Shown: positions 1 through 10,780 of the stretch, one piece after another
How the letters are laid out: every line of letters begins with the position of its first letter
Numbering within the stretch: the stretch's first letter is position 1
From: Felis catus
Taxonomy: Eukaryota
Assembly (NCBI RefSeq): GCF_018350175.1
Contig: NC_058368.1
Coordinates: forward strand, 53,818,001 to 53,882,000
Reading direction: 5' to 3'
DNA length: 64,000 nt
Made by a program: the position numbers and the translations under genes
Notes under the pieces: generated by a model
Seen by the model: only the letters and a program-made list of their open reading frames with translations
Told to the model about the DNA's origin: nothing
Databases searched by the model: none

Positions 1-224
1 GGGGTGCCTGGGTGGCTCAGTCAGTTAAGCAACTAACTCTTGGTTTCAGCTCTAGTCATAAGGTCACAATTCATGGGTTTGAACTAACCCACATTGGGCT
101 CTGCACAGACAGTGCAGGACCTGCTTGGGATTCTCTCTTCCCATCTCGCTGCCTCTCTCTCACTCATGGGCACACGCATGCTCGCTCTCTCTCTCTCTCT
201 CTCTCTCAAATAAACTTAAAAAAA
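1..224 (+). mobile_element. CAN-SINE (SINEC, tRNA-derived)
   Basis: GGGGTGCCTGGGTGGCTCAGTCAGTTAAGC head, (CT)n tract, AAATAAACTTAAAA tail. Confidence 0.95.
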
Positions 225-384
225 CCCCAAAAACTTACACATGAACCCTAAGAGGAATACACAAGAATTGTCCTAAATATTGTTCTTAATAAACAGTTTG
301 ACACATAGTATTTTCAATATCATTTAAAATATTTTTAATTTACGTTATTTTAACAGGGTTAACAACAGGATTTTGTTGTTTATT

Positions 385-655
385 TTTTTCAGCTTTATTG
401 AGATATAACTGACATATTACATTGTATAAGTTTAAGGTGTGCTGTGTGATGATTTGATACACCTATATATGACAACAAAAAAGAGTTAGTTAAAACATCC
501 ATCACCTCATGTAACACAATTTGTGTGTGTGTGTGTGTATGCGCATGCGCATGTAGTGAGAACACTTAAGATCTACTCTCATATCAACTTTCAAATATAT
601 AATACAGTAGAGTTAACTAGTCCCCATGCTGAATATCAGACCCCCAGAACCTATC
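385..655 (-). mobile_element. L1MA/L1MB-type LINE-1 3' end
   Basis: AGCTTTATTGAGATATAACTGACAT...GTGAGAACACTTAAGATCTACTCT motifs typical of an antisense old L1 3' UTR; internal (TG)n at 523-539. Confidence 0.85.
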
Positions 656-1193
656 CTGGGGGCTGGAACTGGTCCCTGGGGCAGTTTCTACAGGCTGATA
701 CCTAGCTCTGGAGGCGTGGCTGGGGGTATTTCCCACCAGGTCTCTGGGTTGTCTAGTCCACTCCCTGACATGGCTGGAGCTGAGTACAGACCCCTTTAGG
801 ATCTTCTGAGGCATAGAGGAGTCTCTCACCTGGTCCCCGAGCTGGACTGCTTTTACATTGCTGTTGGGAGATGAGTGGAACCCTTTTCTGGATCTTTAGG
901 GGTGCAGAAGGAAGTGTCTGCTTTTGGCTCTCTGGGCTAGAAGTACAGCTCTTGGACTGTGGCTGGGGCATCTGGAGCCACGTGTAAGTCCTTTTCAGGA
1001 TCTCTAGGATAGCGGATGGGAGTGTCTCCTCCTCAGTCTCTGGGTTGGCAGGTCTGCTGGTGGACTTTGGCTGTGGGGTTGGTGTCCCTTTAGGATCTCT
1101 AGAGGTGCAGCTGGGAGTGTGTCGTGCTTGGGTCCCTGTGCTAACAGGACTGTTCACGGACTATGGCTGGAGCCAGTATGGGGACCTTTCAGG
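656..1193 (-). mobile_element. Old L1 (L1M2/L1M3-like) 5' region with degenerate ~100-bp tandem units
   Basis: GC-rich; recurring CTTT(C/T)AGGATCT-like motif (GG at 799, 890, 998, 1093, 1192) and GGCTGGAGC motifs. Confidence 0.6.
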
Positions 1194-1200
1194 TAAGCTC

Positions 1201-1262
1201 ATATATTATTATTATTACTTTTATTATTATTATCACAGTTATCACTATTATTATGTCTATTC
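1201..1262. repeat. (TAT)n-like low-complexity tract
   Basis: direct reading. Confidence 0.85.
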
Positions 1263-1284
1263 TTAGATGATTATTGATATTTCT

Positions 1285-2030
1285 GTATGACCTGGCCCAT
1301 GGTAAATGTTCGTAAACATTCCACATGTTCTTGATAATAAGAATGTTTATTCTCGTTGGGTGCAGAGTTCTATATACATCTATTTATATCAAACTTTTTG
1401 TATTTTTCGAGTATCTAAAATATGTGCTGCTCATTCATTTAGCTGTATTTTCCTTCTCTGTGACAGAAAGCCTCTCTCTCTTCAATTCTCTCTCATCCTG
1501 TAACTGATAATTTCAGTATCTAATGTCTTAATTAGAGAGGGCCTAATTCTGTTTTGGCGGCTCTTGCCAACTCTCTCTCAAATTGGCTTGATTGGGCATG
1601 TGTTTTCATAATTGTGGATTGTAAGCTCATCTTTCCCTGGCTCTATACCTGGCAATTATGTGAAGCCTAGGTGGAAATCATACGTCTTCCTCTAAAGAGT
1701 TTTATTCTTTTTTAGGCAATCCAATTTAGGCAACCTCAAATTGGGTACAATTTTGAGTTTATTTCTCAGCTTGGGGTTTCTTAGACCATGTGAGTTGTAT
1801 AAATTTGAATCCCAAGCCCTTGTGAGAGCAGACTTTGGTTACAGATTCTCAAGGGACACTTTTTCCGACCCAGCTTTTAGCTGGAACCAAGATGTTACCT
1901 TATAGTTCTCTTTGCTTTTAGGTGGATTTTTCTAATCGACCTTTTTACTGGCCGTGTAACTCTTCAGATGCTGAATTTATGCAGAGGGGATTCTTAGTTC
2001 TGACTCTGGTATTTCATCAGCCCCATGTCT
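1285..2030 (-). mobile_element. Ancient L1 (L1ME/L1M5-like) fragments
   Basis: AAGAATGTTTATTCT..GTTGGGTGCAGAGTTCTATATA antisense ORF2-like motif, followed by more degenerate T-rich sequence. Confidence 0.5.
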
Positions 2031-2066
2031 TTAGTACTTTACCTTAAAACCTAAACCTCCATGTGC

Positions 2067-2130
2067 CTGAAACTAATATAATGCTACATGTTAACTATAC
2101 AGGAATTCAAATAAAATAAGATTTAAAAAG
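2067..2130 (+). mobile_element. Carnivore L1 extreme 3' tail
   Basis: CTGAAACTAATATAATGCTACATGTTAACTATAC...AATAAA then an A-rich end. Confidence 0.75.
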
Positions 2131-2299
2131 AACAGCTTAAACCTGCAGAGTTCAGGGGTTTACAAGAATTTCATTGTCCATGGCATCACTGGTCTCAGTT
2201 TGCCTCTCACTTCCTAGCCACTTCGTGGCCTTGGGTCCACGGGTATTTTATATACTATTTTGCAAGCTTTGTCATGCATTGAAAGGATCTGTACTAACA

Positions 2300-2375
2300 T
2301 GCTTGTTCATAGCATTGATGTGAAGTTCAATGAGAATCTGTATACAGCATTTAGCTCACTGCCTGAAATATATGC
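2300..2375 (+). mobile_element. MIR fragment
   Basis: GTGAAGTTCAATGAGA...AGCATTTAGCTCACTGCCTG resembles the MIR core/3' part. Confidence 0.5.
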
Positions 2376-3070
2376 AGATCCATGGGCTTGGGTTTGAAGA
2401 GTACTGCACACAAAGAAGAAAAAGCTGTTGACATATCCTATTGGTGACAAGACATTGTCTAAGCTTTCTCTTTCCTAAATAACCATCTCACACCATACTG
2501 CAGATTGAGTGCACAATAAACATTCAATTTTGCTAACAATTTAGATGAGAAGAATGTGTCCCTGATTTTTCTGTCTGTCCAGGGCAGAAGTAGCTGTGAA
2601 TCGGATGCAGAAATACCAGGTCAAGGGGTTCATTTCCTGACCGCCCATGGACTAAGGCAACCAGAGAGGAAGAGTCTTCCACAAACAATAGGAATGTTTT
2701 TTTGCCACTTTTCCTTTCAATCTAATTTTCTTTCCATTGAAAGCAGCTGTGCTTTTTCTCATTCTGACAACTCAGAAATCAGCGTAACTCATTCTTCATA
2801 AATGCTTTAGAATATGCTGGCAGAAGCTGCTTCTGACAGTAGGCTGCTGACTGTTCAATAGTGCTTGATTATGTGGAAGGTTAAAAGACTACTGTGATTA
2901 TTTCCTTCTTTGTAAAACTGTCCTTGTTTTATTACAAAACTGCTAATTCTTCCAGAAGCCAGAGATTATCTCAATAGCAATAAGCAAGAGCAGAAAAGCA
3001 GTGCTATGTCACAAGGATGGGTTCTTTCCTTTCCTTTTCTTTTTTATTTCCCCCTGGGGGAGTAGGTGAT

Positions 3071-4160
3071 TTTTTAAAAAATAGCTTTATTGAGATATAA
3101 TTCCCATACTATCCAAGACACATGTTAAAATGTACAATACCATGGTTTTCAGTCTATTCAATTAAGTTTAGTTTTAGTTTTAGATACCACTGTCACCACA
3201 GTTTTTAAAAATGTTTTCACCACCCGAAAAATAAACCTTGTGTCCTTTAGCCATCACTTCCTACCTCCAACCCCATTCATCCCAGCCCTAAACAACCACC
3301 AATCTACTTTCTACCTCCATAGCTTTCTCTCTTCTGGACTTTCATATAAATAGAGTATGTGGTCTTTTGTGACTGGCTTCTTTCACTTAGCATAATGTTG
3401 CTTTTTTTTTTTCATTTTTAAAGCTTATTTATTTATTTTGAGAGACAGCGTGAGTGTGTGCATGAGACGGAGACAGACAGAGAGAGAAAATCCCAAGCAG
3501 GCTCCATGCTGTCAGCACAGAACCCAACCTGGGGCTCAAACCCATGAACCACAGATCATGACCTGAGCTGAAATCAAGAGTTGGACACTTAACTGACTGA
3601 GCCACTCAGGTGCCCTAGCATAATGTTTTTAATGTTCATCCATGTTGTAACATGTTTTAGTATTTCATTCCTGTTTATGGCCAAATAATATCCCAGTGTA
3701 TGGTTATATCACCTTTTGTTTATCCATTCATTATTTGACAGACATTGGGTTATTTCCACATTTTGATTATTATGAATGGTGCTGCTGTAAACATCCATGC
3801 ATAGGTTTTTGTGTGGATATGCTTTTTCATTTTTCTTGGGTATATACCTAGGAGTGAAATTGCAGGATCTTATTGTAACTATGTGCTTAATCATTTGAGA
3901 AACTGCCAGACTATTTTCCAAAGTAGCTACACCATTTCATATTCTCATCAGCAGCACATGACAGTTCCTATTTCTCCATATGCTTGCCAACTCTTGTTAC
4001 TATCAAACTATTTATTCCAACCATTCTACTGAAATCGTTTCTCATTGTAGATGTGAATTATATTTCTCTGATGATTAATGACATCAAGTATGTTTTCATG
4101 GGCTTATTGACAATTTGTGTATCTTACTTGAAGAAATGTCTATTCAGATCATTTGTCTTT
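3071..4160 (-). mobile_element. L1MB-type 3' end/ORF2 C-terminus, interrupted by a SINE
   Basis: AGCTTTATTGAGATATAATTC, GACTGGCTTCTTTCACTTAGCATAATGTT, TATATACCTAGGAGTGAAATTGC motifs. Confidence 0.9.
3400..3615 (-). mobile_element. CAN-SINE
   Basis: antisense SINEC; TSD TAGCATAATGTT at 3388-3399 and 3616-3627. Confidence 0.95.
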
Positions 4161-4209
4161 ACTTAGGATAAGGGCAGATTTTTAAAAATTGATTTCTAAT
4201 TTTTGAATT

Positions 4210-4391
4210 TTTATTTATTTTAGAGAGACAGAATGTGGTAGGGGCAGATGAAGAGAGAGAGAGAGAATCCTAAGCAGGTTCCATGCTCAGCACAGAACTG
4301 GATGTGGGGCTCGATCCCACAATCCTGGGATCATGACTTGAGCCAAAATCAAGAGTCGGATGCTTAAATGACTGAGCCTCCTAGGTGCCCC
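4210..4391 (-). mobile_element. CAN-SINE
   Basis: antisense SINEC; TSD TAATTT(T/A)TGAATT at 4197-4209 and 4392-4404. Confidence 0.93.
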
Positions 4392-4430
4392 TAATTTATG
4401 AATTAAAAAAAAATAAAATAAAACCTAACA

Positions 4431-4635
4431 GGGGCACCTGGGTGGATCAGTCAGTTAAGTGTCCAATTTTGGCCCAGATCATGATCTCCTGGTCCGTGGG
4501 TTCGACCCCTTCATTGGGCTCTTGTGCTGCTAGCTCAGACCCTGGAGCCTGCCTTGGATTCTGTATCTCTCTCTGCCCCTCCTCCACTCACTCTCTGTCT
4601 CTCTGTCTCAAAAATAAACATTAAAAATTTTTTTC
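4431..4635 (+). mobile_element. CAN-SINE (felid type)
   Basis: GGGGCACCTGGGTGG head, CT tract, AAAATAAACATTAAAAA tail; flanking AATAAAACCTAA repeat. Confidence 0.95.
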
Positions 4636-5599
4636 AATAAATAAAACCTAAGAACTTAATGTGCTTATTGTATTTAATAATATTCATAAGAAACTTAATT
4701 AAGAAGAATAAAAATACCTGAAATTGGAACTCTTAAATAAATAATAATAATAATAAACCCAACAGGTTGTTACTTAGATCATTGAACAAAAAGAACTTTA
4801 ATAATGATTAAATTTTTTCTGGTCACCTATGTCCTTCATTACAGTGTTCTCCAAGGTCTCTTACATGATGTCTTCAATCCATATGGCCCAATGAGGATTA
4901 TTTCCAAAAATATTCTATCTGTCGTGCTCTTGCCTTGCAAATTATCACTCCAATCGAGGGAGATCTCAGATTTTCACCTGCCATTCCCCTGGAAGCCCTG
5001 TGCAACTCAGAGTTAATGAGAAAGATGTTTTGATTTTTTTCTCAAACAGTATCTCATCCCCTCTGTCAGGAAATATTCTTACCTTACTATTGACAGAAGC
5101 CCATTGACTTATGGAAACTAGAAGTCGTTGATGTCAGATACTGGGTCTCTGTCATTTTGACCCTGCCTGCCTATGGATGGAGTGGAGCATGATTTCCCAT
5201 GCCTTACCGCACTAATGCTGTTACTGATCTTACCCAATTCATATCTTTATGGATGGTAGCCATAAGCCATGGAATTTCCAGTAGAGAGTTCCAATGTCAA
5301 GAAACTGATCATTTTTGAAATATTATAAGTAAATAAGACTCAATTTTCCTAGCATTTCAAAACTCTTCATATAAATAAATTCAGAAATCTTTTTAAAAGA
5401 TCCCACCCCCCCCCCTTTTTTTTTCCCAACGTGTCAAGTCAATCTTGACTTGTGTATCAGGTACATGTGAACCATCTTGGAATACTAAAGTCCCCAAGAC
5501 AAGATTAGAGCATGTGAGGACCCTTACTAGATTAACTGCTCACATCTCCCTTCCAATTGATATTTTATAAATATTGCCTTGATACTTACTTGGAGTCTA

Positions 5600-6070
5600 A
5601 AAAGAAATTGCTTTCCAATTAACAAAAATTATATGTAATAAGTAATTTCCCAAAGGTATTACAAAATAGATGTGAAATTATATATGATAGAGATTACTTG
5701 GAGCATCAGGTATAATAGCCAAAGTTTATAAGAAACTAACTGTCCCTTAGTAAGGGTTTACATAATAATTATGGATCAACCACATAATAAAATAATAGAT
5801 AAACCATTTTAAAAATGTGAACTTCTGTAGTTACAATATGGAAAATTCTCCAAATGTTTTAGTTGAAAAAAAAATACAAAATGTATGACATGTGTAACAT
5901 GTTGCCATATATAAAGTATTTCTGTGGATAAGTTAACAAACAGGAGAAATATCTCTTGAAGTTTATGCAAGGAACTGGAAACTGGTTGTTTTTGAAGAAT
6001 GAGCTGGTAGCTGGGGGGCAGGGAAAAGGGGAGGCATCATACAGTGTCTTTCCATCTTATATCATGTGTA
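5600..6070 (+). mobile_element. Ancient L1ME-like 3' region
   Basis: TATAATAGCCAAAG...AACTGTCCCTTAGTAAGGG...AAACCATTTTAAAAATG degenerate L1 3' motifs. Confidence 0.55.
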
Positions 6071-6099
6071 TTAATCCTAGTGAATAATTCACAAATCTT

Positions 6100-6309
6100 G
6101 GGGCGCCTGGGTGGCTCAGTTGGTTAAGCATCTGACTCTTGATTTTGGCTCAGGTCATGATCCCATGGTTTGTGGGTTCAAGCCCCATGTTGGACTCTGA
6201 ACTAAGAGTGCAGAGCCTGCTTGGGATGCTCTCCCTCTTTCTCTCTGTGTCCCATTCCCACTTGTGTGCAGGCATTTTCTCGTTCTCTCTTTCAAATAAG
6301 CCTTAAAAA
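6100..6309 (+). mobile_element. CAN-SINE
   Basis: GGGGCGCCTGGGTGGCTCAGTTGGTTAAGC head; imperfect TSD TAATTC..AAATCTT. Confidence 0.95.
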
Positions 6310-6959
6310 GTAATTCCCTAATCTTATAAATTAATCAACCAAAATAAGGAATTTGTCACATATTCTTTTTACGTGCTTATTTCTCACATCATACAAACTT
6401 CTTAGGAGGCATTGTAACTCCCAAAATTTAGGTTATCAAATACTCCTCCTTAGTAAAATGAACTTGAGTTACATTATTAGCTTTCAGGAATTCAGCTGAG
6501 ACAGCTAACTTCATATGACTATGTGCCAGGTGACTTCAGAGATTATGGTGCTCTTTATAGAGGCCATATAGGTGAGAACTTAAAAAAAAAACTATTTTCA
6601 TTCAAGGTACTTTCATTTCTCTGGTTATTTAAGAATTTGAATGAGGAAACTTGAATCAACTGGCACCATATTTCTGATTTATTCCAGTAAGTTTTATTGA
6701 CCTTTCAGACTAGAGCTCTGGGAACCTGCCCGTCTAAGTTGCTTCTTAATCCTACTGTGGTTTCACACCAATGTAAGAGTTTTGCTAATGTTACATTAGT
6801 TAAAACTTAAGTAGAAAATAAAATAACAGAGAGTCTAAAAGCTTATTTCAATTTTAACCTAACAGAAGTTTGAATTTTTGGGTCCCCTAATAAAGGTACC
6901 ATCTCTTTTTAAATCCATTATAAGATGTGACCATTTAAAATGTCTTATTAAAAGATGTG

Positions 6960-7190
6960 TGTAGGCGGCTTAGTCATTTGAGCATCTGACTTGATTTCAC
7001 CACGTCCAACTCTTGATTTCAGCTCAGGTTGTGATCCCAGGGTCGTGGGACTGAGCCCCACACTGGGCTCCATGCTGAGCTTGGAGCCTGCTTGAGATTT
7101 GTCTCCTTCTCCCTAGCTCCCCCTCCCCCCCCCCCAGACCATCTTTCTCTAAAATAAAAAAATAAAAATAATAATAATAATAGTAAATGA
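6960..7190 (+). mobile_element. CAN-SINE with rearranged head
   Basis: SINEC body; TSD ATGTCTTATTAAA(A)GATG on both sides. Confidence 0.9.
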
Positions 7191-7274
7191 CATGTCTTAT
7201 TAAAGATGACATTTAAAGAAGAAAGAAACAAACTCAAGGAATATAAAAGATGTTAAGAGAATTTGTGAAAAGGG

Positions 7275-7484
7275 GACAAAACAGAAGAGACTCATAAATA
7301 TGGGGAACAAACTGGGGGTTTACTGGAGGGGTTATGGGAGGGGGGATGGGCTAAATGGGTAAGGGGCATTAAGGAATCTACTCCTGAAATCATTGTTTCA
7401 TTATATGCTAACTAATTTGGATGTAAATTTTAAAAAATAAAAAATAAAATTAAAAAAATAAAAATAAAATAAAGTGGAAAAAAA
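7275..7484 (+). mobile_element. 5'-truncated carnivore/felid L1 3' end
   Basis: G-rich tract, GAATCTACTCCTGAAATCATTG, A-rich tail; 17-bp TSD AGAATT(T/G)GTGAAAAGGG at 7258-7274 and 7485-7501. Confidence 0.92.
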
Positions 7485-8084
7485 AGAATTGGTGAAAAGG
7501 GTGATTTAGAGTTATTTCTTCATACCTTCATGGTTTTGGTTTAATTTCATTTAGTTAAATGATGCCTGTTGTAAGTATTGTTTCTGAAACTGATGATGAA
7601 AAATCATCTTGCTATAGATAAAACACCTTTATCTAGTTGCTATGACCAGGGATCTTCCATTCAGTTTTAGACAGATTCTTTCTCCTTTTCTTTGTGCACT
7701 TTGTGTATATGTATGTATATGTTAAATACAGTCCTTTTGCTTTATTACAAATGGAATCTGACTTCTAGTTACCAAATAGTTTATATACAAATTAACTAAT
7801 GCACTTTACTAAAATGACTTGACCTTACTTGAGAATGACTGTATACCATTTTCTCTAGAAAATGGAGCCAAAAATGGGCATACCCCTAAAAGTTTAGAAA
7901 GCAAACTCAAGTTTAATTGGGAAAAAATATGCCAGTTCCCTGTTACTTAACATTTTACTTGGGGATTTTTTTCAGTAATATCAACAAATCTTACACTCTG
8001 AAACTTGCAATATGATCTATGTTTGCACTCAGGAAAATCTGGTCCAAAAAGTTCACCTGTAGAAAGTGGGGGAGGGGAAAGGAA

Positions 8085-8572
8085 CTCATAGTGGAGAAAC
8101 CTTACAAGCAGTACCTCAGCCAAGTGGTCAGGATCAGCATTAACATGGTAAGCAATGTTGGTAATATGTATTTTTTAAAGTTTATTTATTTTGAGAGAGA
8201 ATGTGGGTGCACATGGGGGAGGTGCAGAGAATCACCAGAGAACCCCAAGCAGTCTCCACAATATCTGTGCAGAGCCCACATGGGGCCTAATCTCATGAGC
8301 CGTGAGATCTTGACCTGAGCCAAGATCAAGAGTCAGATGTTTAACTGACTAAGCCACCCAGGAGCCCCAATAAACAGTATGTTGTTGATATGAAAGTGAC
8401 ACTTTACTTCTGTGTTCCTTGTCTCCCAAACATAAAGGAAAACATTAAATCCCAACTGAAGGGAATTATACAAAATACCTGACCAATCCTTCTTGAAAGT
8501 GTCAAGATAATCAAAAACAAGGAAGTCTGAGAAACTCAGAGCCAAGAGGACTCTAGGGAGACCTAACAACTG
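8085..8572 (+). mobile_element. L1MC/L1MD-type 3' UTR fragment (interrupted by a SINE)
   Basis: GTGGAGAAACCT...TACCTCAGCCAAGTG; ATACAAAATACCTGACCA...CAAAAACAAGGAAGTCTGAGAAACT. Confidence 0.75.
8171..8368 (-). mobile_element. CAN-SINE
   Basis: antisense SINEC ending AGCCACCCAGGAGCCCC. Confidence 0.92.
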
Positions 8573-8865
8573 TGGTTGTGAATTCATTTCCTTCTCCTTG
8601 CTGTTTTGTCTATTTTTGCCTCATGTACTGGCACACTCTGTTGCTAGACACATACAAGTGAAGGATTGTTATGTCTTCTGGGAGTAATGGCCCCCTTATT
8701 ATATAATGCCCCTCACTATCTCTGATAACTTTCCTTACTCTGAAACCTGCTCTACTTGAATTAATATAGTTACTCCCTCTTTCTTCTGATAGTGTTGGCA
8801 TGGTATCTCTCTCCATCTCTTTATTTTTAATCTATACTAACATTTATATTTAAAGCAGCTTCACA

Positions 8866-9091
8866 GGGGTGCCTGGGTGGCTCAGTTGGTTAAGCATCCG
8901 ACTTCAGATCAGGTTGTGATCTCATGGTTTGTGGGTTCGAGCCCCATGTCAGACTCTGTGCTGACAGCTCAGAGCATGGAGCCTGCTTTGGATTCTGTGT
9001 CTCCCTCTCTCTCTGCCCCTCCCCTGCTTACACTCTGTCTCTGTCTCTCTCTCTCTCTTTCTTTCTCTGAGAAATAAACAAACATTAAAAA
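8866..9091 (+). mobile_element. CAN-SINE (felid type)
   Basis: full head, CT tract, AAATAAAC tail. Confidence 0.95.
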
Positions 9092-9452
9092 CATTTTAAG
9101 TGACTTTCTGCAAACAACATATAGTTGGGTCTTATTTTTTGATTCAAATTAACAATGTCTTTTTTTTTAATTGTTACACTTCGATCATTTGTGTTTAAAG
9201 TAATTATTGATATAGTTCAATTAATACTTATCATAACATTTATTACTGATTTCTATTTGTTGTCCTTATTCTTTGTTCCTATTTTGTTTTCTTTCATACT
9301 TTGTCTGTATTTTGTGGTTGTAATTGATCATTTTATATAGTTTTACTTTCTCTCGTTTCTTAGCCTATCAATTATACTTATTTTTTTCCTCCTTTTTTGG
9401 TGGTGGCAGTCCCAGGGTTGCTTATGTGTAGTTTTTGTGTGCAAGTCCATTT

Positions 9453-10780
9453 TTTTTTTAATATATGAAATTTATTGACAAATTGGTTTCCATACAACAC
9501 CCAGTGCTCATCCCAAAAGGTGCCCTCCTCAATACCCATCGCCCACCCTCTCCTCCCTCCCACCCCCCATCAACCCTCAGTTTGTTCTCAGTTTTTAAGA
9601 GTCTCCTGTGCTTTGGCTCTCTCCCACTCTAACCTTTTTTTTTTTCCTTCCCATCCCCCATGGGTTCCTGTTAAGTTTCTCAGGATCCACCTAAGAGTGA
9701 AACCATATGGTATCTGTCTTTCTCTGTATGGCTTATTTCACTTAGCATCACACTCTCCAGTTCCATCCACGTTGCTACAAAAGGCCATATTTCATTTTTT
9801 CTCATTGCCACATAATATTCCATTGTGTATATAAACCACAATTTCTTTATCCATTCATCAGTTGATGGACATTTAGGCTCTTTCCATAATTTGCTATTGT
9901 TGAGAGTGCTGCTATGAACATTGGGGTACAAGTGCCCCTATGCATCAGTACTCCTGTATCCCTTGGGTAAATTCCTAGCAGTGCTATTGCTGGGTCATAG
10001 GATAGGTCTATTTTTAATTTTCTGAGGAACCTCCACACTGCTTTCCAGAGCGGCTGCACCAATTTGCATTCCCACCAACAGTGCAAGAGGGTTCCCGTTT
10101 CTCCACATCCTCTCCAGCATCTAGAGTCTCCTGTTTGTTCATTTTGGCCACTCTGACTGGCGTGAGGTGATATCTGAGTGTGGTTTTGATTTGTATTTCC
10201 CTGATAAGGAGCGACGCTGAACATCTTTTCATGTGCCTGTTGGCCATCCGGATGTCTTCTTTAGAGAAGTGTCTATTCATGTTTTCTGCCCATTTCTTCA
10301 CTGGGTTATTTGTTTTTCGGGTGTGGAGTTTGGGGAGCTCTTTATAGATTTTGGATACTAGCCCTTTGTCCGATATGTCATTTGCGAATATCTTTTCCCA
10401 TTCCGTTGGTTGCCTTTTAGTTTTGTTGGTTGTTTCCTTTGCTGTGCAGAAGCTTTTTATCTTCATAAGGTCCCAGTAATTCACTTTTGCTTTTAATTCC
10501 CTTGCCTTTGGGGATGTGTCGAGTAAGAGATTGCTACGGCTGAGGTCAGAGAGGTCTTTTCCTGCTTTCTCCTCTAAGGTTTTGATGGTTTCCTGTCTCA
10601 CATTTAGGTCCTTTATCCATTTTGAGTTTATTTTTGTGAATGGTGTGAGAAAGTGGTCTAGTTTCAACCTTCTGCATGTTGCTGTCCAGTTCTCCCAGCA
10701 CCATTTGTTAAAGAGGCTGTCTTTTTTCCATTGGATGTTCTTTCCTGCTTTGTCAAAGATGAGTTGGCCATACATTTGTG
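9453..10780 (-). mobile_element. Young felid L1, 5'-truncated (~1.3 kb; ORF2 C-terminus plus 3'UTR, frameshifted)
   Basis: ORF 10014-10775 ([29 protein letters not shown]...), CCHC knuckle [18 protein letters not shown] in the next frame, poly(T) tail at left; TSD GTGCAA(G/A)TCCATTT at 9439-9452 and 10781-10794. Confidence 0.97.

Noticed and set aside
8877..9077. Recurring 'MAQSVKRPTSAQVMIS...LEPASDSVSPSLS' ORFs (also at 15390, 43122, 57776, 60169 and elsewhere)
   Set aside because: They are translations of CAN-SINE bodies, not a gene family.
10014..10775. Longest ORF (253 aa)
   Set aside because: It is an L1 ORF2 fragment of a 5'-truncated, frameshifted insertion, not a host CDS.
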